A stretch of DNA of 64,000 nucleotides. Origin: a bacterium (lineage in GTDB: Bacteria; Omnitrophota; Gorgyraeia; Zapsychrales; Zapsychraceae). A program made the position numbers and the translations under genes. Of the stretch, positions 18,817-27,799 are shown in pieces (the stretch's first letter is position 1; every line of letters begins with the position of its first letter). The stretch spans positions 1,014 to 65,013 of the forward strand of contig JAUIER010000001.1 of assembly GCA_030429765.1 (NCBI GenBank). The letters run 5' to 3'. The notes beneath the pieces are model-generated. The model made no database searches and was not told where the DNA came from. It worked only from the letters and a program-made list of their open reading frames with translations.

Positions 18817-18856
18817 TGGCTTTAAATATGACAATGGAATACACACCAAGGAGTGA

Positions 18857-19150
18857 ATGATGTTCGATAAAATGAAACAAGTGATGGAAATGAAACGTCA
18901 GGCGGATAAGATTAAGAAAGAGCTTGAGGCGACTTCGGTTGAGCTTGAAGAAATCCGCGGAATTAAAATACGGATCAACGGGGCGCAGAAGTTTAAGTCC
19001 ATTGATATTGATCAGAGTCTGCTGGAGTCGATCAACAAACCGAAGTTCGAAACCGATCTACTGCGGTCCATGAACGCCGCGATTAAGAAATCGCAGGCTG
19101 TGGCCGCCGAGAAAATGAAATCCGTTATGCCTGGAATGCCCGGGCTGTAG
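18857..19150 (+). CDS. YbaB/EbfC family nucleoid-associated protein
   Basis: Met/Lys-rich N-terminus, helix-strand-helix pattern, ends MPGMPGL; AAGGAG SD. Confidence 0.75.
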   Translation: MMFDKMKQVMEMKRQADKIKKELEATSVELEEIRGIKIRINGAQKFKSIDIDQSLLESINKPKFETDLLRSMNAAIKKSQAVAAEKMKSVMPGMPGL

Positions 19151-19174
19151 ACCCAATCGAAAGGAGCATATTAC

Positions 19175-19408
19175 ATGCCATACGATCAATCGTTAGACGT
19201 TGCCAAATTCAAGGAAACCAAAGAATTTGAAGACACGCGCATCACCGTCGGGGTTTTTTCTTATAACGAAGGTCCGAAAAAATTACAGCTATCGCGTGAA
19301 AACGTGAATGCCAATGAAGAATGGCGTTTTGCCAAGCTCGGCCGCATGACCAAAGAGGAAGCGCAGGAAATACTTCCGATTATGCAAAAAGCCATCGAAG
19401 AAATGTAA
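19175..19408 (+). CDS. Small conserved hypothetical protein, possibly PC4/YdbC-like ssDNA-binding fold
   Basis: AAGGAG SD; pattern VFSYNEGPKKLQLSR...KLGRMTKEE resembles the PC4-like strand-strand-helix layout. Confidence 0.6.
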   Translation: MPYDQSLDVAKFKETKEFEDTRITVGVFSYNEGPKKLQLSRENVNANEEWRFAKLGRMTKEEAQEILPIMQKAIEEM

Positions 19409-19449
19409 TGAAGCGGACGCGTTTCCGTACACTTATTGGAGGATGAACC

Positions 19450-19926
19450 ATGGCAGATGAAATTTATCTCACTCGGGCCGGGTACGAAAAAATCTACAGT
19501 GAAATCGAACATCTAAAGAAAGAATCCATTAAGATCGCCGGGCAAATTGAAGAAGCTCGACTGCAGGGAGATCTTTCCGAGAACGCCGAGTATGACGCGG
19601 CCAAAGAGGCCCAGGCCTATAATGTGGCCCGACGGACGGATCTCGAAGGGAAACTGGCCAAGGTTCGGATTATCGAGGACCAGGATATTCCCGGAGATAA
19701 GATTTACATCGGCGCCATTGTCACATTGAAGGATCTTGATACGGACGAGGAATTTCAATACCAAATGGTTTCTCCCGAAGAGGCCAGTTACGAAGAAAAC
19801 AAACTGTCCATCTTCGCGCCGATCGGGAAAGGTCTGATGGGCCATGCCGAAGGCGAGGAAATCGAGATCAACGTTCCGGCCGGCGTGTTGAAGTATAAAG
19901 TTCTAAAGATAGAGCGTCCCAAGTAA
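19450..19926 (+). CDS. greA: Transcription elongation factor GreA
   Basis: YLTRAGY, GDLSENAEYDAAK, SIFAPIGKGLMG. Confidence 0.96.
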   Translation: MADEIYLTRAGYEKIYSEIEHLKKESIKIAGQIEEARLQGDLSENAEYDAAKEAQAYNVARRTDLEGKLAKVRIIEDQDIPGDKIYIGAIVTLKDLDTDEEFQYQMVSPEEASYEENKLSIFAPIGKGLMGHAEGEEIEINVPAGVLKYKVLKIERPK

Positions 19927-19957
19927 TCCGTTGGGACGTTGGATTTAAGCGAAACCC

Positions 19958-21346
19958 TCAATCATCGTGATTGGGGGTTTTTTCTTGGGATGGTGTGGGC
20001 AATTGCCACAAGGAGTGAAAGGTCCAGAAGACCACCGAGGGAAGCGTCGCGTACATCAGTCGGTGCAGAGACACCTGAAGCCACCACAGGATGCGGCTGT
20101 CATCGAAGTAGGTGTTGACGAAATAATACACACTGATCACGCCGATGTATCCGAGTAAAAATCCCGGGAAGATGATAGATTTGGAGCTGAAACAGCGGCC
20201 CGAACTCAGAATAAGTCCCGCCACCAATACAATCCAAAGCCCGTTCCACGTCGGGCTGATCATTTCCACCAGAATAAAACTCAGGATCGCCTTGACCCGG
20301 TAAAAACTCACCGGATGCGTGTCCGACATCAATCCGTTAATAAACGTCTCGCTCTCCGGCGAGAAAAGAGCGGAGAACAGGATCGTCACAATCGAAGCGA
20401 CAGCGCCGGCACCGTAGATATACACAAAAGTCTTCTTGGTCGGCTGATGTTTCCATAGCAGGTACAGCGGCGTCAGACAGAAAATAATACCCGCCGCGAT
20501 AAATCCTTCACCCTTGGAAAAACTCAGGAATCCCAGGGAAACGCCGGCGAGTACCGCGAATACCCGTTGGCCTGACATCTTGGTCATGAGCACGCAGATC
20601 AACGCGGCCAGGAGATAGTAAGCCACCACAATATCCGCGTACTGACTGAGAGAAAGTTTGACGAACATCGACGAGAACAATAGCAGTGTGGCGCACAAAA
20701 CCGAAAAACGTGAGCGCGTGACATGGATCAGTCCGGCCAGCAGAAGTCCAACGGTGGAAAAGCTGAAAACAAAGGCATTCGTGACCGGGATGATGTGTTC
20801 GGGTGTTTCCATAAAGATCCATCCCCACAGGTTCGTCATCGGAAGCTGAAGCGGATAGTGCGGGCTGGAGCGCCAGAGGATCGGATCAAAAATAGTCGAC
20901 CATCCGTCGGGAGATAAAAACATCATTTTGGATTTCAGATTCCAGGTGGCCCACGCGTCCCAGCCGCCGAACACATAAAAATGTCCATGGTTCCATAGCG
21001 GGTATGAGCACAATATCAGTACGGCATAAGGCCAGGCATTGGCCAACGACATATGGCTCAGGTTGATCAGCTGTCCGGGCCGTCCACGCGTTTTGACTAT
21101 GGCCCCGACGAGCAATCCGGTCATGGAAATCACATTTAGCGCGATAACAAATGCCCGGTTCAATTCTCCCCAGAATGCAAAACTGAAAAAAGTGATTTGT
21201 GAGCTGATCCCCAATCCTATTCCGGATGCCAGAAATAAGTGAATGGACAACGGCAAGCGCTTCTTGGGATCATCCAATAGCAGGATAAATAAATAACCGA
21301 TTAGAAATGAAATCAAGTAAGGTAAGTATGTCAGGATCAATGTCAT
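19958..21346 (-). CDS. Multi-pass membrane protein, GT-C glycosyltransferase-like (copy B)
   Basis: About 12-13 TM helices; WDAWATWNLKSK, YPLQLP, SQYAD, FSKGEG, HRL; paralog of 21771-23141. Confidence 0.65.
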   Translation of the reverse strand: MTLILTYLPYLISFLIGYLFILLLDDPKKRLPLSIHLFLASGIGLGISSQITFFSFAFWGELNRAFVIALNVISMTGLLVGAIVKTRGRPGQLINLSHMSLANAWPYAVLILCSYPLWNHGHFYVFGGWDAWATWNLKSKMMFLSPDGWSTIFDPILWRSSPHYPLQLPMTNLWGWIFMETPEHIIPVTNAFVFSFSTVGLLLAGLIHVTRSRFSVLCATLLLFSSMFVKLSLSQYADIVVAYYLLAALICVLMTKMSGQRVFAVLAGVSLGFLSFSKGEGFIAAGIIFCLTPLYLLWKHQPTKKTFVYIYGAGAVASIVTILFSALFSPESETFINGLMSDTHPVSFYRVKAILSFILVEMISPTWNGLWIVLVAGLILSSGRCFSSKSIIFPGFLLGYIGVISVYYFVNTYFDDSRILWWLQVSLHRLMYATLPSVVFWTFHSLWQLPTPSQEKTPNHDD

Positions 21347-21774
21347 GGCAGTCGCCTCGCCAGAATCATTCCATATTTGTTTCGTCGTAGCGGCAGGGCT
21401 TTTACTTCCTTAATCTTTTGCCAGGCCACTTTTTCATTGGAACAGACGAACAGGATGTAGTCGTGGTCGGTGTTGTTGAGATCCAGAATCGACGGCGCCA
21501 GCATGTATTGCGCGTGGGCAAACATCTTTGATGCCGCGGTGTCCGTCTCGATATCTAAATCGGTATAGTAACCGATATGCGAAATGTCCTTGGTGAATTC
21601 ATCAAGTCCATTAAATTGATAACCGATCATCTGATAAGGCAAAACTTTTTTGAAAGACTGAATGCGCCGGATGTCCTGCGATAAGACGATAAGGTTCATC
21701 ATCGACACGCCGAACAGGGCGGTCAGATAAAATAATTGTCGTCGGTATGGAGGAAGAAAGGATCTTAAATTCAT
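21343..21774 (-). CDS. Small single-TM hypothetical protein (copy B)
   Basis: N-terminal TM; IGYYT...FAHAQYMLAP; 4-nt overlaps with both neighbours; paralog of 23138-23560. Confidence 0.75.
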   Translation of the reverse strand: MNLRSFLPPYRRQLFYLTALFGVSMMNLIVLSQDIRRIQSFKKVLPYQMIGYQFNGLDEFTKDISHIGYYTDLDIETDTAASKMFAHAQYMLAPSILDLNNTDHDYILFVCSNEKVAWQKIKEVKALPLRRNKYGMILARRLP

Positions 21775-23141
21775 GAAGATATCCGATCATCAAGTTTTTT
21801 TCGGAATAAGGCATAATAGCAGAAAAAGAGCAACGACGGCAGGAGATAATAACAAATTCTATGGACGGTGCTCTTTAAGCGCCAGGATAATTCAAAATTC
21901 ACCGTGGTCAGATAGATAAAGCATAAAACAGTCATGTATAAAACGAAAAATGTCAGATATATTTTGCATTCTTTGTAAACGATCTTGCGATTAGCCGCGA
22001 CGAACAGGAAGGCCAGAAATCCCCAGATAAACGCCCAGCGTTTGTGGGTGAGTTCATATTTAAACGCGTTGACGATCAGCATGAAACCGTCCCAGTTGAG
22101 AAATTTCATATGCACAGCCGACAGTCCGCCAAAGATATCCTTGTTTTTTGGCGCGATGAATAATTTGAGAATGATCGTCGGGCTGCTCGTCAACAAGTAG
22201 CCGATCAGCAGACACCCGATCAGGCTTAGTGCCTGACGTTTGCGGACCAGCGGAAGACGTCGGGTGAATGTGTACAGACCAAACATGATGATGAGCAGGA
22301 TCGACATGACAATCCCTTCATTTTTACTAAAGGTCATATAGCCGAGCATGAGTCCGCTGATCAAGGCCATGGGTTTGCTGTGTTTGAGGAATGTCAGATG
22401 AATGCAGACGATGGAGGCCAGCAGGTAATAACCCAAAAGCGTGTCCGCGTACTGGGCGGTGGATTGAAAGATGTAAAACGGGTTGACCATCAGCACCAGC
22501 GATCCGGCGAAGGCGACAATGGTTCCCGTTATCTCACGAATTGCCGCGAACAGCAGCCATCCAATCATTAAGGCCAGGACAATGCTCGTCGACATCGGGA
22601 CGGCGGGGATATCCTGCCCGCTGATCGCGTGATGAAATACATTGATCGACGGAAGCAGCAGCGGATAATCCGGCTGGGTATACCAATGCAGATCATTGAA
22701 GATTGATTGCCACTGCGGACCGGCCGCGATCATAAATTTGGTTTTCATGTTGTACAAGGCCCAGGCATCCCATTCGCCGTAGGGATGGGTCAGGGCCATA
22801 AAGTGAATCACATAGGCCACCAGGCCCCACGCCAGCCAGGCCAACGGGCTCAACCAGCTCATGGTCCACTTGATGGAACGTAAGTTTTGGATGAAGGGCT
22901 TTAGATTGGGAATCAACAGAATGATGAGTAATCCCACATGCAAACCGAGGATGCCGGTTCGATGAAATCCGCCAAAGACAAACAGCGAGGCATAGGTCAA
23001 GGTCGCGCACAATCCCAATCCCAGCGCCATTGATAACATGGCATTCAGAGACGCGTTGATCTGTAGCGACGGACGTTTGATCCATTGAAAAAGTAATGAT
23101 CCGATAGCAAAGGCCAGCAAGAAGGGAAGGTAGAGGATCAT
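21771..23141 (-). CDS. Multi-pass membrane protein, GT-C glycosyltransferase-like (copy A)
   Basis: WDAWALYNMKTK, YPLLLP, AQYAD, FSKNEG, HRI; many TM helices. Confidence 0.65.
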   Translation of the reverse strand: MILYLPFLLAFAIGSLLFQWIKRPSLQINASLNAMLSMALGLGLCATLTYASLFVFGGFHRTGILGLHVGLLIILLIPNLKPFIQNLRSIKWTMSWLSPLAWLAWGLVAYVIHFMALTHPYGEWDAWALYNMKTKFMIAAGPQWQSIFNDLHWYTQPDYPLLLPSINVFHHAISGQDIPAVPMSTSIVLALMIGWLLFAAIREITGTIVAFAGSLVLMVNPFYIFQSTAQYADTLLGYYLLASIVCIHLTFLKHSKPMALISGLMLGYMTFSKNEGIVMSILLIIMFGLYTFTRRLPLVRKRQALSLIGCLLIGYLLTSSPTIILKLFIAPKNKDIFGGLSAVHMKFLNWDGFMLIVNAFKYELTHKRWAFIWGFLAFLFVAANRKIVYKECKIYLTFFVLYMTVLCFIYLTTVNFELSWRLKSTVHRICYYLLPSLLFFCYYALFRKKLDDRISS

Positions 23142-23560
23142 GGCTGTTTCTCGGCAAGAACCGGACCGTAAGGACTCGAGGCGATCGGTTTTGAACGTAG
23201 GGACCGCATGGTAAAGACCGTGTAGACCGGGCTGGTATAATCCAGAATATTTAAATTCGGGTGCGTTTCATTGAGTTCCAACACGGTGGGAGCCAGCATG
23301 TATTGGGCCTGTAAGAATGTCCCGTCATTTTTCTCCTCGGACATGTCTTTATTGGTGAGATATCCGATGGCGTTGACGTCTTTAAGCTTTTCTTTAAAGG
23401 TAGCGAATTGAGTGCCCGGCTCGTAGATAGGCGTGTCCGGTTGCCGGGATTTAACCATATAATTCGCAAGCAGATAGAAGCTTGTCAGTCCTATCATGGC
23501 CAGCGAGGTCACAGCAATCAGGCATTCCAGCGACAGACATTTTTTCACGAGGTTATTCAT
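23138..23560 (-). CDS. Small single-TM hypothetical protein (copy A)
   Basis: N-terminal TM; IGYLT...FLQAQYMLAP; first gene of the minus-strand operon. Confidence 0.75.
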   Translation of the reverse strand: MNNLVKKCLSLECLIAVTSLAMIGLTSFYLLANYMVKSRQPDTPIYEPGTQFATFKEKLKDVNAIGYLTNKDMSEEKNDGTFLQAQYMLAPTVLELNETHPNLNILDYTSPVYTVFTMRSLRSKPIASSPYGPVLAEKQP

Positions 23561-23598
23561 GAGGTTTCAAATCGCGATTGGCGGTTGATCAGGTCTTC

Positions 23599-23650
23599 AT
23601 TATACAAATGGGGCTATTTTTCCACAACGCTTATCTTTTTTTTATATAAT
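23599..23650. promoter_or_regulatory. Back-to-back divergent sigma70-type promoters
   Basis: Minus strand TTGTGG (23627-23622)-17 nt-TATAAT (23604-23599); plus strand TATAAT at 23645-23650 with a weak -35 in the same region. Confidence 0.55.
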
Positions 23651-23683
23651 GATAACGTCATTCAGATCAATAAATTAAATGTC

Positions 23684-25324
23684 ATGATGAATCAAAGCGT
23701 CCAAAATTCACCTCGCCCGTTCCAAACGGCGACCATTATCCGTTTTCTCGGCTCTGCGCTGTTGCACTGGGTGTTGATGGGGGTGGGGGTGATCCTACGC
23801 TTGGTCCATTTTCTGGAGAACCGTTCGCTGTGGTCGGATGAGGCGTCGCTGGCCCTGGACGTGATTTGCAGTTCTTTCAGCGAAGTGCTTCAATTTATCC
23901 AAATCTTTCCGGAACAGCCCAAGTGTTCGTATCTGTTCTATCTGGCGGTGAAGGCGGTAACAGGTATATTCGGCGATTCCGAGATGGTTTTAAGACTTAT
24001 TCCGCTTGTCAGCGGCATATTGGCTATCCCTTTGTTTTATCGAATCGTCCGTCGATTTATGGATCCATTGACGGTGACAATCGCCCTAACCTTTTTTATT
24101 TTTAGCGACTTCCTCATTTACTACGCGGCCGAATTACGACAATACTCGTCGGATATGTTGTTAACACTGATTATGTACGACATCTATCTCAAAGACCGGG
24201 TGTGGACCAAGGGGTATGTGCTGGGATTGATCGTCTTCGGGATGGCTGTAATTTGGGGATCTTTTTCAGGCAGTCTGGTGCTGATATCGCTGGGTATTTT
24301 GTATTTCATCGACGGGATGGTTCAACGAAAGAAAGACTGGCGACAGATTGTTTTGCTCACCTTGGTCTTCGGCTACAATTTTTATTTGGTTTACGAAATT
24401 GCTATCAAGCCCATGACGGGCAGCGATTATCTGCTGAATGCGATTCAAGGCGGATTTATCCAGGGATCAATATTGACGGTTGAGGCCTTGCATTGGATCA
24501 AGGAGGCGTGGCTCAATATGGTCCGGGCACCGTTGGGTTTGCAATGGCCCGCCGTCGGATTGACGCTGATTTTGATGGGCGCCGTGATCACGTATAGCCG
24601 GGACCGGCGCATTGGTACGGTTTTACTCCTTCCTTTAATATTGTGTTTTGTTTGCAGTCTCTTTAAAAAGTATCCTTTTTTCGGACGGCACCTGCTATTT
24701 ATGACTCCCATTCTCATTATCCTGATTGCGCAGGCGATTGGTTATTTGATGAAATTGCCCCGGTCATTCGGAGTTTTAGGTGTGTTGCTATGGGGCGTGT
24801 TGCTATGGCATCCGGTTCAGACGGTAATCACCTTGGCGGGTGAGGGGCGTGGATTTGAGGAAATGCGTCCGGTGATGCAGTATTTTAAGAAGAACTATCG
24901 GCCGTCAGACGCGATTTATATGAATTCTACCGGTCAGTTTCCTTACTGGTACTACGTGGCCTTGCTGGATGTGGAGTTGCCCCGGGAAAGGACAAAAATA
25001 TGGCGGGATCAGGAGGTTTACGGTCACAAGGTCGGACGGTTCTGGGAGTATTTTCTCGATGATCAGCCAGTTCCCAAGATTGCGCTGCGCTATAAATACG
25101 ATTATTATTCCCGGGATGGGTATTTTCGGCATCCGGATTACGACATCGAAAACCATCCTCCGGAGGCCAATCCCCGGACGTGGGTGATTCTTTCACATAT
25201 TTCACCCGCGGTTCAGGCGTTTATTCTGGATTATTTTGAAAGCCGGGGCGAGTTGATCGATCGATTTGAGGGGGAAGATTCGTTTGTATATCTGTATGAC
25301 CTGAGCGCGAATCAGAAGCATTAA
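23684..25324 (+). CDS. ArnT/PMT-like (GT39/GT83-type) membrane glycosyltransferase
   Basis: True start probably ATG 23684; RSLWSDEA (DE motif), SEMVLRL.PL, YAAELRQYS, YPFFGR; periplasmic C-terminal domain. Confidence 0.8.
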   Translation: MMNQSVQNSPRPFQTATIIRFLGSALLHWVLMGVGVILRLVHFLENRSLWSDEASLALDVICSSFSEVLQFIQIFPEQPKCSYLFYLAVKAVTGIFGDSEMVLRLIPLVSGILAIPLFYRIVRRFMDPLTVTIALTFFIFSDFLIYYAAELRQYSSDMLLTLIMYDIYLKDRVWTKGYVLGLIVFGMAVIWGSFSGSLVLISLGILYFIDGMVQRKKDWRQIVLLTLVFGYNFYLVYEIAIKPMTGSDYLLNAIQGGFIQGSILTVEALHWIKEAWLNMVRAPLGLQWPAVGLTLILMGAVITYSRDRRIGTVLLLPLILCFVCSLFKKYPFFGRHLLFMTPILIILIAQAIGYLMKLPRSFGVLGVLLWGVLLWHPVQTVITLAGEGRGFEEMRPVMQYFKKNYRPSDAIYMNSTGQFPYWYYVALLDVELPRERTKIWRDQEVYGHKVGRFWEYFLDDQPVPKIALRYKYDYYSRDGYFRHPDYDIENHPPEANPRTWVILSHISPAVQAFILDYFESRGELIDRFEGEDSFVYLYDLSANQKH

Positions 25325-25436
25325 AACAGGTGAAATAGCCCAAAACTTGCTAAATATTTGCTTTTGAAAATATCAGTTCATCAGTATAATAAGGCAGAAA
25401 TCCTTAATTAAATTCCCACCGGAAAGTAGGTATCTA

Positions 25437-26453
25437 GTGATTAAAGTTGGAACGATAGGCTGCGGACATTGGGGGCCGAATCATATTCGCGTTTTTGCGC
25501 AGTTGCCGGGATCGGAATCGCTGATGTGCGCCGATCTGGATGAAAAGCGGCTGAATCAAATCAAAGATCTTTATCCCAATATTGAAACGACCAAAGACTA
25601 TAACGACATTCTGAATAACCCGGACGTGGATGCTGTCTGTGTGTCCGCGCCGACGAATCATCATTATGAGATGACCCGGCAATCCCTGAACGCGGGCAAG
25701 CATGTGATTTGTGAAAAACCGCTGTCCCTGTCGGTCAAAGAATGCGAAGACTTGAAAGCTCTGGCTCGGGAAAAAAATCTGGTTCTTATGGTCGGGCATG
25801 TGTTTGTCTTTAATCCCGGGATTATCTGGCTGAAAAAATACATTGATAGCGGCGAGCTGGGTCGCATACATTATGCGTATGCGACGAGAACAAATCTCGG
25901 CCCATTCCGGTACGATGTCAACGCGCTGTGGGATTTGGCGCCGCATGATATCTCAATCTTTAACTATTTGTTTGATAGTAAACCGATGAATGTCTCGGCC
26001 CGCGGTCAGATTTGTCTGGACCATTCGCTGGAAGACCTGGCCTTCGCGACCCTGGAATATCCGGATAAGATTATGGCCAATATCCATGTGAGTTGGCTGG
26101 ATCCCAAAAAAGTCCGGCAGATTACGATCGTCGGAGACAAAAAGATGGTTGTTTGGGATGATCTGGACAATATCGGTCCGATCAAGCTGTATGATAAACA
26201 CGTCGAGAAGACGTCCTCGTTTTATTCAACGTACGGCGAGTTTCAGCTGTTATCAAAAGAGGGAAGTATCACGATTCCTAAAATCGGGTTCGGGGAGCCT
26301 TTGAAGGCGCAGGCGCAGTATTTTCTGGATTGTATCGCGCAAAGCCAGGGGCCCGACGTGGCGGACGCGCAGAAAGGCGCCGACGTTGTGGCGACGCTGC
26401 ACGCCATTCAGGAATCCATGGACCAGAAAGGCAGTCACGTGAATGTGGCTTGA
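25437..26453 (+). CDS. Gfo/Idh/MocA family oxidoreductase, paralog of 3456-4523
   Basis: GTG start; IGCGHWGPN, CEKP, VNALWDLAPHDIS, VSWLDP.KVR. Confidence 0.85.
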   Translation: MIKVGTIGCGHWGPNHIRVFAQLPGSESLMCADLDEKRLNQIKDLYPNIETTKDYNDILNNPDVDAVCVSAPTNHHYEMTRQSLNAGKHVICEKPLSLSVKECEDLKALAREKNLVLMVGHVFVFNPGIIWLKKYIDSGELGRIHYAYATRTNLGPFRYDVNALWDLAPHDISIFNYLFDSKPMNVSARGQICLDHSLEDLAFATLEYPDKIMANIHVSWLDPKKVRQITIVGDKKMVVWDDLDNIGPIKLYDKHVEKTSSFYSTYGEFQLLSKEGSITIPKIGFGEPLKAQAQYFLDCIAQSQGPDVADAQKGADVVATLHAIQESMDQKGSHVNVA

Positions 26454-26465
26454 TGAGGTGCGACG

Positions 26466-27026
26466 ATGATGAATTATTTTCAGCATGAAAAGGCCTTGGT
26501 GGGCAAGGACGTTCAGATAGGCGAAGGAACCAATATCTGGGCGTTCACTAATATTCAGGACGGGGCAAAGATCGGTGCGCATTGTAATATCTGCGATGGT
26601 TGTTTTATAGAGCGTGGATCATCGATCGGCAATCATGTCACGGTGAAAAACAATGTTGCCGTTTTTGACGGAATTATCGTCGAGGATGATGTGTTTGTGG
26701 GGGCGAATATTACTTTTATTAATGATCGTCTGCCGCGTAGTCAGAACGGCGGCCAATGGACGCTTGAGAAAACATATATCCGAAAAGGAGCAACACTGGG
26801 GGCCGGGTCGGTGATTATGTGCGGGATTGAAATCGGTGAGAACGCGTTTATCGGTGCCGGTTCATTGGTGACCAAAAATGTGCTGCCGCATGAATTATGG
26901 TTTGGCCAACCGGCCCAGCGGCATGGTTATGTGTGTGTCTGCGGGCAGCGGCTTAATCATGATTTGGCCTGTGCGTGCGGAAAGACGTATCACCTAACGG
27001 AAAAAGGAATTAGTTCGCATGCATAA
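26466..27026 (+). CDS. Hexapeptide-repeat N-acetyltransferase, paralog of 11504-12088
   Basis: IWAFTNI, VTVKNNV, TFIND..PRS, GQPA; C-terminal CVCG...CACG. Confidence 0.85.
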   Translation: MMNYFQHEKALVGKDVQIGEGTNIWAFTNIQDGAKIGAHCNICDGCFIERGSSIGNHVTVKNNVAVFDGIIVEDDVFVGANITFINDRLPRSQNGGQWTLEKTYIRKGATLGAGSVIMCGIEIGENAFIGAGSLVTKNVLPHELWFGQPAQRHGYVCVCGQRLNHDLACACGKTYHLTEKGISSHA

Positions 27027-27750
27027 AGTCTTGGTTTGTCCGATCGCCTTCAATGAAAATGTCAAATTAGAAAATGTGATTAAACGTTTTCTCGACAGTA
27101 ACATGTACGGCAAGGTTGACTATCTGATCATGGATGATTGTTCGACGGACGGAACGACCGAGATGATCGCGACATACAAAGACCGCGGCGTTCAAACCAT
27201 TCGGCATGAAAAGCAGATGGGGGTGGGTGCGGCGATTCGTACGGCCATTAAACACGCGCGTAAGGAAGGTTATGACGTATTGGCGATCATGGCGGGAAAC
27301 GACAAGGACAACCCGAATGAACTGCCGTTGATTATCGATCCAATTGTCGGGGAAGGATATGATTTTATCCAGGGTTCACGATATCTGGGAGCGAATGGCA
27401 TCGGCGGAGACATGCCGTTCTATCGAAAGATTGCCACACGGATGCATCCAATTTTGATGTCAATTATCACCGGCCGAAAGGTTACAGATTCAACCAATGG
27501 TTTTCGGGCGATGCGTCTGTCGATTTTCGACAACAAGGCGATCAATATTGATCAGCCCTGGCTGGACAAATACGAGCTTGAACCCTACCTGATGTTCAAA
27601 GCGATTAAACTGGGCTTTAAATTCCGCGAGGCGGCTGTAACCAAGATTTATCCGGCCAAGAAACTAGGGTATACGAAGATGAAACCGATCGTCGGCTGGT
27701 GGAGTATCCTGCGGCCGCTGGTTTATCTGGGATTGGGTATCAAGAAATAA
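27019..27750 (+). CDS. Glycosyltransferase family 2 (DPM1-like)
   Basis: IAFNE, DDCSTDGT, GVGAAIR, QGSRY, TDSTNGFRA. Confidence 0.87.
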   Translation: MHKVLVCPIAFNENVKLENVIKRFLDSNMYGKVDYLIMDDCSTDGTTEMIATYKDRGVQTIRHEKQMGVGAAIRTAIKHARKEGYDVLAIMAGNDKDNPNELPLIIDPIVGEGYDFIQGSRYLGANGIGGDMPFYRKIATRMHPILMSIITGRKVTDSTNGFRAMRLSIFDNKAINIDQPWLDKYELEPYLMFKAIKLGFKFREAAVTKIYPAKKLGYTKMKPIVGWWSILRPLVYLGLGIKK

Positions 27751-27799
27751 TGATTCGACTCCTAACCGGAGCGGGGCAGCAATAGGGAAAGACATCACA

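Noticed and set aside
23408-23683. 92-aa N-terminal extension of the ArnT-like ORF
   Set aside because: It overlaps the minus-strand gene 23138-23560 and the promoter region; ATG 23684 fits better.
27751-27799. TTCGACTCC resembling a tRNA T-loop or att site after the second sugar module
   Set aside because: No T-stem, acceptor stem or second copy, and no integrase in the window.
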